Source: an uncultured Methanomicrobiales archaeon (GTDB lineage: Archaea > Halobacteriota > Methanomicrobia > Methanomicrobiales > Methanospirillaceae). Taken from it: a stretch of 64,000 nucleotides of DNA. The notes under the pieces are model-generated. The model searched no databases. It was not told where the DNA came from and saw nothing but the letters and a program-made list of their open reading frames with translations. How positions within the stretch are numbered: the first letter of the stretch is position 1; the number at the start of each line of letters is the position of its first letter. Of this stretch, positions 43,421 to 53,110 are shown one piece after another. Where the stretch lies: NCBI GenBank assembly GCA_963697895.1, contig OY969100.1, positions 480,001-544,000 of the forward strand. The letters run 5' to 3'. Made by a program: the position numbers and the translations under genes.

Positions 43421-43604
43421 TAAAAATTGCCCGGATGAGCGGTATAGCAGTGTACCTATATGATTCTTTCACTTTGTGTCCGCCGGTATTTTGGATCCTT
43501 TCCGGGATGAAAAAGCGGCACAGGTATTATCCGGTTATGAAAAACGAAAATATATTCCGTACCTGCCCTAGGGCAGAGTCCGGATTGTTGTCTGATTTCG
43601 GAAC

Positions 43605-44442
43605 CTACGCGGGCACAAAATAGAGCATGTTCCCGTTTGTATCGGTAATTTTCATCTGATTGATGGTCTTTTCGTACGTCGACGCATTAGCGAGGATGCT
43701 CAGGTAGAGACTTTCCTGTGCACTGGTATCCTGACAGTATATGAGAGTAGAACCGATCGGCCCGATCGTGAGGGAATTCCCTGATGTAGTATACCCTCCA
43801 AAGTACCCGTTACACCCGCCATTCCCGGTCAGGTTCCCGTACGCAGCGAATACTGCGGTTATCTTCGATCCGGGAACCAGCGCCGACACGCTCGAGTTGC
43901 TCCCTATATCCGTAAGGGAATAACTGCCTATAATGGATAACGGAACCTCATGCTCATAGAGGAGCGATGTGTTTCCACCGGTATTGATGACCAGCGTGGT
44001 GTCATTGACCTGGAACGTAAAGGCATTCTGGAGCATTGCAATGTATGTTGTCTCCTGGATCATGATACCCGGCGGAGAGCCGCACGCCATCTTTGTCTGC
44101 CCTACCGCTCCGACCGTTATCATGTTCCCGGAGACCTGGTAGGATGAGAAGTAGTCTGTTGCACCCGGAAGACCCGGTAATCTCCCCATCGGTTCCGAAT
44201 ATGGCGGTGATGGTGGTACCGTTAAGGATGGGGATGCTGCCGGATTCACCCTGGATACCGGTCAGTGTCCATGTGCCATTCTGGAGAGGATTTCCTGGTA
44301 CCGGGGTTGCAGGAAGCGTTGCGGGAAACGCCGTCGGGGGCGGGGTGGTCAGAGGGGTTGTTGGGGGTTGCGGCTGTACACAACCCGCCGTCAGAACCGC
44401 GAATGATATGCAGAGGATACAGAGAACCATGTATAATTTCAT
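43605..44442 (-). CDS. Double META-domain lipoprotein (apparent 1-nt insertion at ~44157)
   Basis: Lipobox LTAGC; GSSGCN(D)YF...TKMAC and GNGGCNGYF...TLIYC; removing one base joins the two ORFs. Confidence 0.8.
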
Positions 44443-44511
44443 ATACTACCATACCTCTCTGAAACGATAAAAAATTGTACTACCGGAATAAAAGATTGAT
44501 AAAAGGCAAAA

Positions 44512-44961
44512 TTATCCGGAATACTGTTGTTTCCGGAGTTCTGTCACCAGACGATTCAGGTTGCCGACCTGGTCTGGGGCGACGAATATCACCTGCTGAC
44601 CCTTCACGACGAGAAACCCTCCCGGTTTTCCTCTTCCGATCGTTTGGGCATAATATGTTTGTATCGCCACGTCCCGAGACTGAACGCTGTCAAATGTCTG
44701 TGTCTGCACTGCCAGGGTATTCCCGGAATAATCCTCCAACACGTAGATCTTCCCCCCGGTTGCGCCGGATAGCGGCCAAAGGACATCGGTGGAGTTTACC
44801 ACCGTAAGCCCGGCGGCCTGAGCCGCTTCACGCAGGGGTTCGCCGTTGACGGGATGGAACGACTCCGCAGGATATGCGAGGAAAATCCACCCGATGGGAA
44901 GGAGGAAGAAAATAATCAGGATGATAACGAGAGCGATTCCCGAATTGTCTCTCTCCTTCAT
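44512..44961 (-). CDS. Hypothetical membrane-anchored protein, third gene of the decarboxylase operon
   Basis: MKERDNSG followed by one long hydrophobic helix and a soluble domain; about 50 bp downstream of the permease. Confidence 0.65.
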   Translation of the reverse strand: MKERDNSGIALVIILIIFFLLPIGWIFLAYPAESFHPVNGEPLREAAQAAGLTVVNSTDVLWPLSGATGGKIYVLEDYSGNTLAVQTQTFDSVQSRDVAIQTYYAQTIGRGKPGGFLVVKGQQVIFVAPDQVGNLNRLVTELRKQQYSG

Positions 44962-45014
44962 GCCCGGCCTCGGTTTCGTGCAGTATAATCTGTTGATCTC
45001 ATTTGATTCACTCC

Positions 45015-46457
45015 TTATTGTTCCCGGGTCTCCACCCAGCTGGGCTTTTTCATCTTCAGGAAGATGATCGGCGGAACGGCAAGAACAAACGTACCAAACA
45101 GGACAGCGAGCACATACCCGATTGTGCTCCCGTACCCGAGTGCCGGCGGTATGAGTCCGACGACAAAGGCGAATATCACGCCAAAAGCCCCGAGACCTCC
45201 TACCACCCATACACCCACTTTCCCCCCGGGAATTTTAAACGGCCGTGGTGCATCAGGCTTACTGTACCGGAGCTTGATCAGCGAGAAGAAGATCAGGGTG
45301 TACACGATGCAGAGCAGCTCGACAGTCATCGCTGACAGAATCCAGTATGCCTGGTTCACCGAAGGCATAAAGACGTAGAGCAGGGAGAGGAAGCTGCCGA
45401 TGACTGCCTGGATGACCAGCACTGCCACCGGGGACCCGTGCTTGTTGGTACGGTTGAAGATCGGGGGCATGTTTCCCTCCTGTGCGACGATGCCGAGGCC
45501 CAGAGCCGGACCGATAAGCCATGCAGCCAGGTTTACGGTACCGCCGATGGTGATCAGAATCGCAAGTGGGGCGACCATCCAGGAAATATTAAACGCAGTG
45601 AAGAAATACTGGATCGCCTGCATTACTCCTGAAGCAAGATTGAGTTCATCAGCCGGTATCACAAAGGCGATTGCCAGGGTAGCGAGCACGGTCAGGAGAA
45701 AGATGATCAACGCCGAGATCATCATCGCCCGGGGAAAGTCCTTCTGAGGATTCCTGACTTCCAGCGCGTGGAACCCGGCCATCTCCATACCGGCGAAGAG
45801 CAGGATCACGGTTGCGAAGAAAGGGAGGGTTGCAAGGTTAATCGTTGGAACCAGCTCTCCCCATGAAAATGGGGGCAGGACCGTTGCCGAGCCAGACACC
45901 AGCCAGATGAACCCGAAGATCACGATCACAATACAGGGGATGATCCCGCCGAGGATTACTCCAATGTTGGTGAACCTTGAGGATACATTTTCTCCGAAAT
46001 AGGCGATTGCCGTGGTCCCCCAGAAGGCGATCATCATCACCGTGAACATGTAGAGCCCGCTGTTTGCAAGGACCGGCGTCAATGCGAATGCGAGAGTGGA
46101 TGCAATAAATGCCAGAACGGTAGGGAACCAGACGAGGTTGTTTGACCATTCGCAGAAGACAGCGATGAACCCATTTCTCTCGCCGAGCCCCTGTTTCACC
46201 CAGGCATACACACCCCCGCCGACATCCGGCATCATCGTGGCCAGCTCGGCCCCGGCGAGCGAGATAGGAATGAGAAAGAGGACAGTTCCGATCACGTACC
46301 AGCCGACGGACGACCACCCGTACTCGGCCATTGAGGGAAAATTCCTGATACTGAGGACCGCAGCGACGTTGATCATGGCGAGAGCAAAGATACCCAGCAC
46401 TTTCACTTTCTGTGACGCAATGCCCGGTTTCAGCGGCGCAGTGGTATCTTCACTCAT
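45015..46457 (-). CDS. APC-family amino acid permease (GadC-like antiporter)
   Basis: VLSIRNFP, FLIP.SL..AELAT, GGVYAWV, FAGME, NPQKDFP and RPFKIPGG; about 12 TM segments. Confidence 0.9.
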   Translation of the reverse strand: MSEDTTAPLKPGIASQKVKVLGIFALAMINVAAVLSIRNFPSMAEYGWSSVGWYVIGTVLFLIPISLAGAELATMMPDVGGGVYAWVKQGLGERNGFIAVFCEWSNNLVWFPTVLAFIASTLAFALTPVLANSGLYMFTVMMIAFWGTTAIAYFGENVSSRFTNIGVILGGIIPCIVIVIFGFIWLVSGSATVLPPFSWGELVPTINLATLPFFATVILLFAGMEMAGFHALEVRNPQKDFPRAMMISALIIFLLTVLATLAIAFVIPADELNLASGVMQAIQYFFTAFNISWMVAPLAILITIGGTVNLAAWLIGPALGLGIVAQEGNMPPIFNRTNKHGSPVAVLVIQAVIGSFLSLLYVFMPSVNQAYWILSAMTVELLCIVYTLIFFSLIKLRYSKPDAPRPFKIPGGKVGVWVVGGLGAFGVIFAFVVGLIPPALGYGSTIGYVLAVLFGTFVLAVPPIIFLKMKKPSWVETREQ

Positions 46458-46458
46458 T

Positions 46459-48760
46459 TCAGCCCTCCCTGATACAATACATCATGTAATCGCCTTTGAT
46501 ATTTTCAACACCGTGGGTGTCGTGTTCGAATCCCGGGAACTGGTTGTCAAAGTCCTGCATGGATTTAAGGTATTGGAGGAGGGGTTCGCTGAGGTTTCCC
46601 GTCATCTCACCGGGGGCCAGGAGCGGGATCCCGGGAGGATACGGTACGATCCCGGTTGCCACAACCCGGTTGCCTGCCTGTGAGATCGGGATACGTTCCA
46701 CCTCACCCCGAACAAGTTTCCTGAACGCTTCAGAATAGGGAATAACCGGATCCGGGAGGATCGAGAACGCCTCCTGGAGCAGTTCACACATCCGGTGTTT
46801 TTTCTTGAAGCGGTGCATCTCATCGGTAAGGCTCTTTAAGGTCATGCCGCCGTACCGGTCCGGGTAAGCACCCTTGAGATCGGGAAAAATCTCTTCAAGC
46901 GGGGTTTCCTCGTCATAATGGCGTTTGAATTCGAAGAGCTCGGTAATCAGGGTACCCCATTTGCCTTTTGTATTGCCCATTGAGAAGAGGAACAGGATAA
47001 TATAATCCCCGGATTTCTCGTTCACGATCCCCCGCGTGTCAAGGAACTTGACGACGACTGCTGCCGGAATCCCCCACATATCCAGGGAACCATCGTCATT
47101 CACCCCCGGCATAACCACGGTGACCTTGATCGGGTCCAGCATGCAGTACCCGTCAGGGAGCCCGGAGAACCCGTGCCATGTATCATGGGGATGCAAAATC
47201 CATGCGGACGGGTTGTCCCGGAGCAGTTCTATAGAGGCATCAGCGAACATTACCTTTTTTTTCGACTGGGGATCGGTAATCATATCAGGCTGCCACATCC
47301 CGAACCACCAGTCTTTCGACTTCTTACCGCATATTTCCCGGTAAATTCGGGCCATCGTGCGCCGGAACCGGATCGCTTCCTCGATCGATTCTGTGGTAAG
47401 GACCCGTCCTGCTGCCCCGTCCATCATTTTTGAGGAGACATCCAGGGATGCAATGATGGTATAAAGGGGAGAAGTGGAGCTGATGCATCATGAACCCTTC
47501 ATTGAACCGGGAGTGCTCTATGGGAATTCTCCCATTCCTGATATGAACCATGGAAGCCTGGGAGAGGGCTGCAAGCAGTTTATGCGTGGACTGTGTCGCA
47601 AAAACCGTCGGGCCGTCCGGGTCCCGTGCCCCTTCCCGCATGGCAAACCGTTCATGGTACAGCAGATTGAACCGGGCATACCCGTACCATGCTTCATCGT
47701 AGTGGATACTGTCGACACTCTTTCCAAGGACCTCCTCGACCTGTGTGGCGTGGTAGCATAGCCCGTCGTATGTCGAGTTCGTGATGATCGCGTGCATGGG
47801 TTTTTTACTTTTCATGCTCTTCGTCAACGGACATGCGGCAATCTTAGCCTCTATCTTCTGGGGTTCCATCTCATCCGGGGGAATCGGCCCGATAATCCCG
47901 TACCGGTTCCGGGTGGGGTTCATGAACACAGCGACCGAATGTGTCATCGTCAGGGCATGTTCGGCCGATTTATGGCAGTTCCGGTCAACCAGTACGATAT
48001 CGTCTTTTGTCACCCTGCCGAAGAACACGATCTTGTTTGCAGTGGAAGTGCCGTTTGTGACAAAATAGGTCATGTCTGCACCGAATACCTTCGCCGCATA
48101 CCGTTCGGCCTCACCGATCGGCCCCGAATGATCGAGCAGCGATCCCAGCTCCCCGACCGATATGGAGAGATCGGACCTGAACAGCTGCTCTCCAAAGAAT
48201 TTGAAGAACAATCGTCCTGCCGGGGACTTCCGGAATGCCGTGCCACCGGCGTGGCCAGGAGTGTGCCACGAGTACTCGAAATCCTTCGAGAACCTGACCA
48301 GAGCACCAAAGAACGGGGGCAGAAGGCTCTCCTTGTACCGGTTTGCCGCCGCTGTTATGCGCCCGGCGATGAACTCGGGGGTATCGTCCATGATATAGAT
48401 ATATTCACTGATCTCCCGAATCGTGTCGACGGTGAGTTCGTTCGGGGTCTCGAACGTCGGGTCCGCCATAAGGAAGAGGGGGATGTCTTCGTTGCGCTGG
48501 CGGATCTCGCGGATAAGTAATGCCGCATCGTTATGGGCCTTGGTCGTAATTCCCCCCAGATTCCAGTTGATCAGAATGCAATCGGCCTCCGGCAGGTTTG
48601 CATATGCGGACCGGGCGCCTTCGAGCGATCCGATGGTAAAGACCTGGATGTCAAACCCGGTGAGCCCGTCCACGATCCGCTGAATCGTCCGGCCGTGGGG
48701 GGTCTCGGTATGGATGGTATCATCGACGATAACCACCGTCAGTTTCTCTTCCGCGTTCAT
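46459..48760 (-). CDS. Bacterial-type Lys/Arg/Orn decarboxylase with N-terminal wing domain (apparent 1-nt insertion at ~47482)
   Basis: WHTPGH.GG, LGSLLDH, TNGTSTANK, DRNCHKS, DEAW, TQSTHK (PLP lysine), MMH(S)STSP, LDPIK, PYPPGIP and FPGFEHD.HG. Confidence 0.9.
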
Positions 48761-49449
48761 CGGAAATGCCCTCCCGGTTCTTTGATCACGGGTTTGCGCG
48801 TTCCCCAGTACCATCCGTCATATGAATCTCGAACCCGTTCCTTCATTCCTGTTCCTCCTCAAATATCGCAATATGCAGAGCAAGAGCACGTTATTTATCT
48901 GTATAGAACGCATTTTTTTGGCGATCTGAGAAATAATCCCGGTCCCTCCTCTAAGGAGTGCCCTTTTCATCGGTGTTATTTAAAGTTTATTATTTTATCT
49001 GGGGTATTTTCGAACAAAACTCCTTCCAGGACATTTTTCTCTGACCGGTTCGTTCTCCAGTTCAGCGTTCGGAAATCTTTTCATGTGTGAACCTGGTAAC
49101 AAATCAACCGCTTTTCGCGACCTCCTCGAAGGGGATAATGATGCAAGGTTTCGATAAGAGTTTCATCCCGCCACGTGAGATGACCTGATCACAGAACGGA
49201 CGCCAGCCATAATGAATGAAAGATCCCGGTTATCCATTTCCATCTTTTCATAGCTCGGCGAATCAGACCTGTTCGCAGTGGGATCTCCGAGAAGTGAATA
49301 AAAAAATGATAATGGGGGTCTCTTCCGCGGGAAGGAGCGTTTCCGGGTGGTCGATGATTATGAATAAAGATACTCTCTCCATCTCTTATGATCCCCCTTC
49401 TCAACTATCACCGATACTCATTGATACGAGAAACACCTTTATTTCAGTT

Positions 49450-49953
49450 ATGGACTTGAATGATCCGGATTTCATCAGGCAGGAGCTGGTCAATGCCGCG
49501 AAAAACTGGCTTGCGATAGACGGCCTTTGGTTTCTTGCCGTGGAAGAACGGTACGGTCTCGATGCAGCGATTGCATGTGACCTGGATGCCTGGCAGCAGT
49601 TTTCCGTGATCGAGGCACGCCGCATCAAGTATCTGCTGGGCCTTCCGGAGAACGGGGGGCTGGATGCCCTGGAACGTGCCCTGCCACACCGGTTGTTTGC
49701 CTATGTCAATGAGCAGGAAATCCGGCGTCCGGACGATCACACGCTGCTTTTCTTCATGAATACATGCCGGACTCAGACAGCCCGTGATAAGAAGGAATTG
49801 CCATTATTTCCCTGCAAAGAGATCGGGATAATGGATCACACCCAATTTGCGCGGACCATCGATACCAGAATAGAAACCACCTGCATCACCTGTCCGCCAG
49901 ATCCACCTGAGAAAGGCATTTGTTGCGGATGGAGATTTCTGCTTCGCCGGTAG
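49450..49953 (+). CDS. DUF6125-like hypothetical protein
   Basis: KNWLAIDGLWF..VE, CRTQ.AR, FPC and CITCPPD...C.W.F motifs. Confidence 0.7.
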   Translation: MDLNDPDFIRQELVNAAKNWLAIDGLWFLAVEERYGLDAAIACDLDAWQQFSVIEARRIKYLLGLPENGGLDALERALPHRLFAYVNEQEIRRPDDHTLLFFMNTCRTQTARDKKELPLFPCKEIGIMDHTQFARTIDTRIETTCITCPPDPPEKGICCGWRFLLRR

Positions 49954-49972
49954 GCAAAGGTCCCTTCGATGC

Positions 49973-50548
49973 TCATAATGGAATAAACAGACGGTGAAAA
50001 CCCAGAGAGACCAGAATGACGAGGACAGAGGCGATCAGCCATCCGATCAGCATACAGATAATGGATAATAACCGGTTCCACTGGAAGATCCAGGCAATAA
50101 GCGGGCTGCCATAGAGAGCGATTCCCGGGATCCAGATGATGGGAATGAGCATGAACGCACCGTACTTCTTCAGAACCGTGTAGTTCTCCATTTTTCTTTC
50201 GATCTTACTGAGCCATCCCGCAACCCGTGCTGAACTCTGTGCGAAGAGGTCGCAGATCTCCAGAATCCCAATAATTACTGCGAGGGCCACTGACGTGGTG
50301 ATGGCGAGTAACACCAGCGGATCAACCGAAAGGCCGATACCGACAATGTCAGCCGCTGCCTGCAGGACAAATGTCGCGCTGATCAATGCAAAGACCGTGG
50401 ATAAGGGCACCGCGAAGATGTAGCCAATCAGAAGAGGAATAACGAGTGCGAACAGGATAATGAGGGCGATGGCTCGGAGTATCCGGTAATAACAACCGAT
50501 TCTCGTAATCCCGATGACGCATCGTTCGATTGCGCTCAGCTCTGCCAT
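49973..50548 (-). CDS. Putative small multidrug export-type membrane protein
   Basis: Multiple TM helices; KYG..L.....PG..LYG....AW pattern; start uncertain. Confidence 0.6.
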   Translation of the reverse strand: MAELSAIERCVIGITRIGCYYRILRAIALIILFALVIPLLIGYIFAVPLSTVFALISATFVLQAAADIVGIGLSVDPLVLLAITTSVALAVIIGILEICDLFAQSSARVAGWLSKIERKMENYTVLKKYGAFMLIPIIWIPGIALYGSPLIAWIFQWNRLLSIICMLIGWLIASVLVILVSLGFHRLFIPL

Positions 50549-51013
50549 GTACATACGTTCCTTTCCGTAAAGTTCATCAGAAACCTTTCCCTCCATCCGA
50601 TCCGGGGGAGGCCAAACCATCTGTCCTGAACGCCGGCGAGCTGACCAGAACCATCATCATCCTGTATACATCCTCTTAATTATTTTCAGGAATGCCGGTG
50701 AAGCCATACACCTATTCGGTATGGTACATTTTTCCTATGTACATATAATGCTGCGGAGCTCGGGACGTCTCATCAGATAGACAAACATCCGGTCTATAGG
50801 GGGATATCACCTTGTGAAGTGAAGGACCGGTCATCCTGACCATTGCTGGATAGACGGTTATCAACAGAGGCAAGGGGAAAAAAGAACCTTATAATCTTTC
50901 CGCACCGGGAATTGTGCTGTCTCACCCAAAAGGCATAAAAATACAGAACGGCTATTCCTCTCGTACGACCCGGTACCCGGGTATACCGGTCGGTATTTTA
51001 TGGGTGATAAACG

Positions 51014-51418
51014 ATGGTAATGTTGAATGCCGAGATGAAAGAGACCTTTTCAAAGGTCAAATTGTTCCCCGTCGCGACTGCTTCGAAGGCGGGGATCCCG
51101 AACGTTGCACCGATCGCGTATGTTCAGTTGATGGGGGAAGATACCATCTGGCTCGCCGATAACTTCATGCACAAGACGCTGGAGAACGTGAAGGAGAACC
51201 CGCACCTTGCGATCTATATCTATGATCCGGAGAGCAAAAACTGCTTCCAAGTAAAGGGAACCGTAACAGCGCATACCTCGGGAGCGGATTATGAAAAAAT
51301 GAAAAAAATGGTGCATGAAAAGAAACCCGAGCTCCCTGCAAAGTCCCTGATCGTCATGAAGGTGACCGATGTGTTTCAGTGTGCACCGGGTCCAAATGCA
51401 GGAAAGAAAATTTTATAG
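51014..51418 (+). CDS. Pyridoxamine 5'-phosphate oxidase-like FMN-binding protein
   Basis: VATASKAGIPNVAP, DNFMHKTLENVKENP, FQVKG and PGPNAGK motifs. Confidence 0.85.
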   Translation: MVMLNAEMKETFSKVKLFPVATASKAGIPNVAPIAYVQLMGEDTIWLADNFMHKTLENVKENPHLAIYIYDPESKNCFQVKGTVTAHTSGADYEKMKKMVHEKKPELPAKSLIVMKVTDVFQCAPGPNAGKKIL

Positions 51419-51701
51419 AAGACAATGAGGGAAGGAGTCAATCGCCTGAATATTTTTTTCCGGGCGACCGGAAACCTCCTGGCAGACTTTCCCGGAGTTG
51501 AATTGCAAACAAAAACCGAGGGATATTCTTCCGATTTGATGGCAACCAGAACCCCCCGGTCCATTCAAGTTCCCTAAAGGTCGATTGAATCTCCTGTTCC
51601 CGTTTTGGGGGATGAGAAATATCAGAAACCCGGGTTTCCGGAGTGCTGAAACTTATCGGTAGGCGGGTATTTCCTGGTGCTGCAGGAGGTTGCTTTTTTG
51701 T

Positions 51702-52896
51702 CTATGGATTATTCTGCTGTTTTTGTTGTACCATCCGGGCCTGTAGCCCATAATACGCGGATATCCCGATCGCCTGGCACTGATCAAGCGTTGTGCTATC
51801 GAACGAGACGAGATCGTCTGAATAGATGCCATATTCCGAACGACGACCGAGCACCTGCATCCCTCCTTTATAAAGTAGCAGGTCGACCGAACCGGTCACC
51901 CGTTCCTGTGTTTTTGCGATAAATGCATTAAGGGCAGCAAAGAGCGGCTCGTGAACGAGACCCCTATAGGCAAGCTCCGACCATTTGTCATCCACCATCC
52001 GTTTAAAGGCAAGCTCTTCACGGGTGAGCGTCAACCGCTCCAGATCATAGTGTGCCGCAAGGAGAACGGTTGCTGCCGGATGTTCATAAATTTCGCGTGC
52101 TTTGAGACCCAGGATCCGATCCTCGATCATATCATTCCTGCCGATTCCATGGCTTCCAGCGATCTTGTTAAGCACCTGGATCAGTTCATACCCCCCCATA
52201 TCCTTGCCATTCAGTTTAACGGGAACGCCCTTCAGAAATTCAATGGTACATTCTGCCGGTACATCAGGGGCCAATTTGGGGGATACCGTCCATCGATAGA
52301 TCTCCTCTGGGGGGTGGAACGAAGGATCTTCTAGCCTGCCCTCCCTCGATGCTCGTGCTCCAGCAGTTTTCATCGATGCTCCAGGGTTTTTCTTTCACGG
52401 CAGCAACCGGAATATGGTGCTCCCTTGCATAGGTGATCTCCCATTCCCGCGTAAGGTTAAGCTCCCGGATCGGCGCAACCACCTCAAGGCCGGCCCCCCG
52501 GATGATGAAATCGAACCGGAACTGATCATTTCCCTTACCCGTGCAGCCATGGGCGATCGCCCCTGCTCCTTCACGCTTCGCGACCCGTACCACCTCTTCT
52601 GCGATGAGCGGTCTGGCCAGGGATGTGCCCATCGGGTATCCTTCATAAGAGCCATTTGCCCTGATTGCTGCGAAGAGGTATTCATTTACAAATTTTTCAC
52701 GGGCATCGATCGTATAATGGGTGTCCGCAATCTTTTCTCCTTTTTCTGTCGCCTGACGGATTTCTTCATCCCGCTGGCCTACATGAACTGCTACGGTGAT
52801 CACCCGATCATATTCATACCGCTCTTTCAGCAGCGGTATGCAGATCGAGGTATCAAGCCCGCCCGAATAGGCGATTACGATGGTTCCTTTTCCCAT
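51702..52896 (-). CDS. argG: Argininosuccinate synthase (apparent 1-nt insertion at ~52340)
   Basis: [28 protein letters not shown]...EGG.LED and [11 protein letters not shown] motifs. Confidence 0.93.
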
Positions 52897-53110
52897 GGTC
52901 TGGTTTCTCCCGGTTTCTTCTCAAAATGCGCCCGGTAACAGTGATCCTGGACATGGTCAGGAATCCAGGGCTGCGACGCTTTCCAAACATAATTCAGTAG
53001 TTTTCCGCAATAAAGGATGAGTATCAGAAGAAATAGCCTTGATAAGCATCCATCCACCTTTTGCTTATTTCACTTATTCGAAGAATAGCGGAACAGGCTC
53101 ATTTGAACAA

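Noticed and set aside
50966-50992. GC-rich near-palindrome upstream of the FMN-binding protein gene
   Set aside because: Single occurrence in a CCGG-rich genome; no evidence beyond a possible leader hairpin
38551-51418. tRNA-Arg as attachment site of an integrated element
   Set aside because: No integrase and no duplicated tRNA 3' end seen in the window
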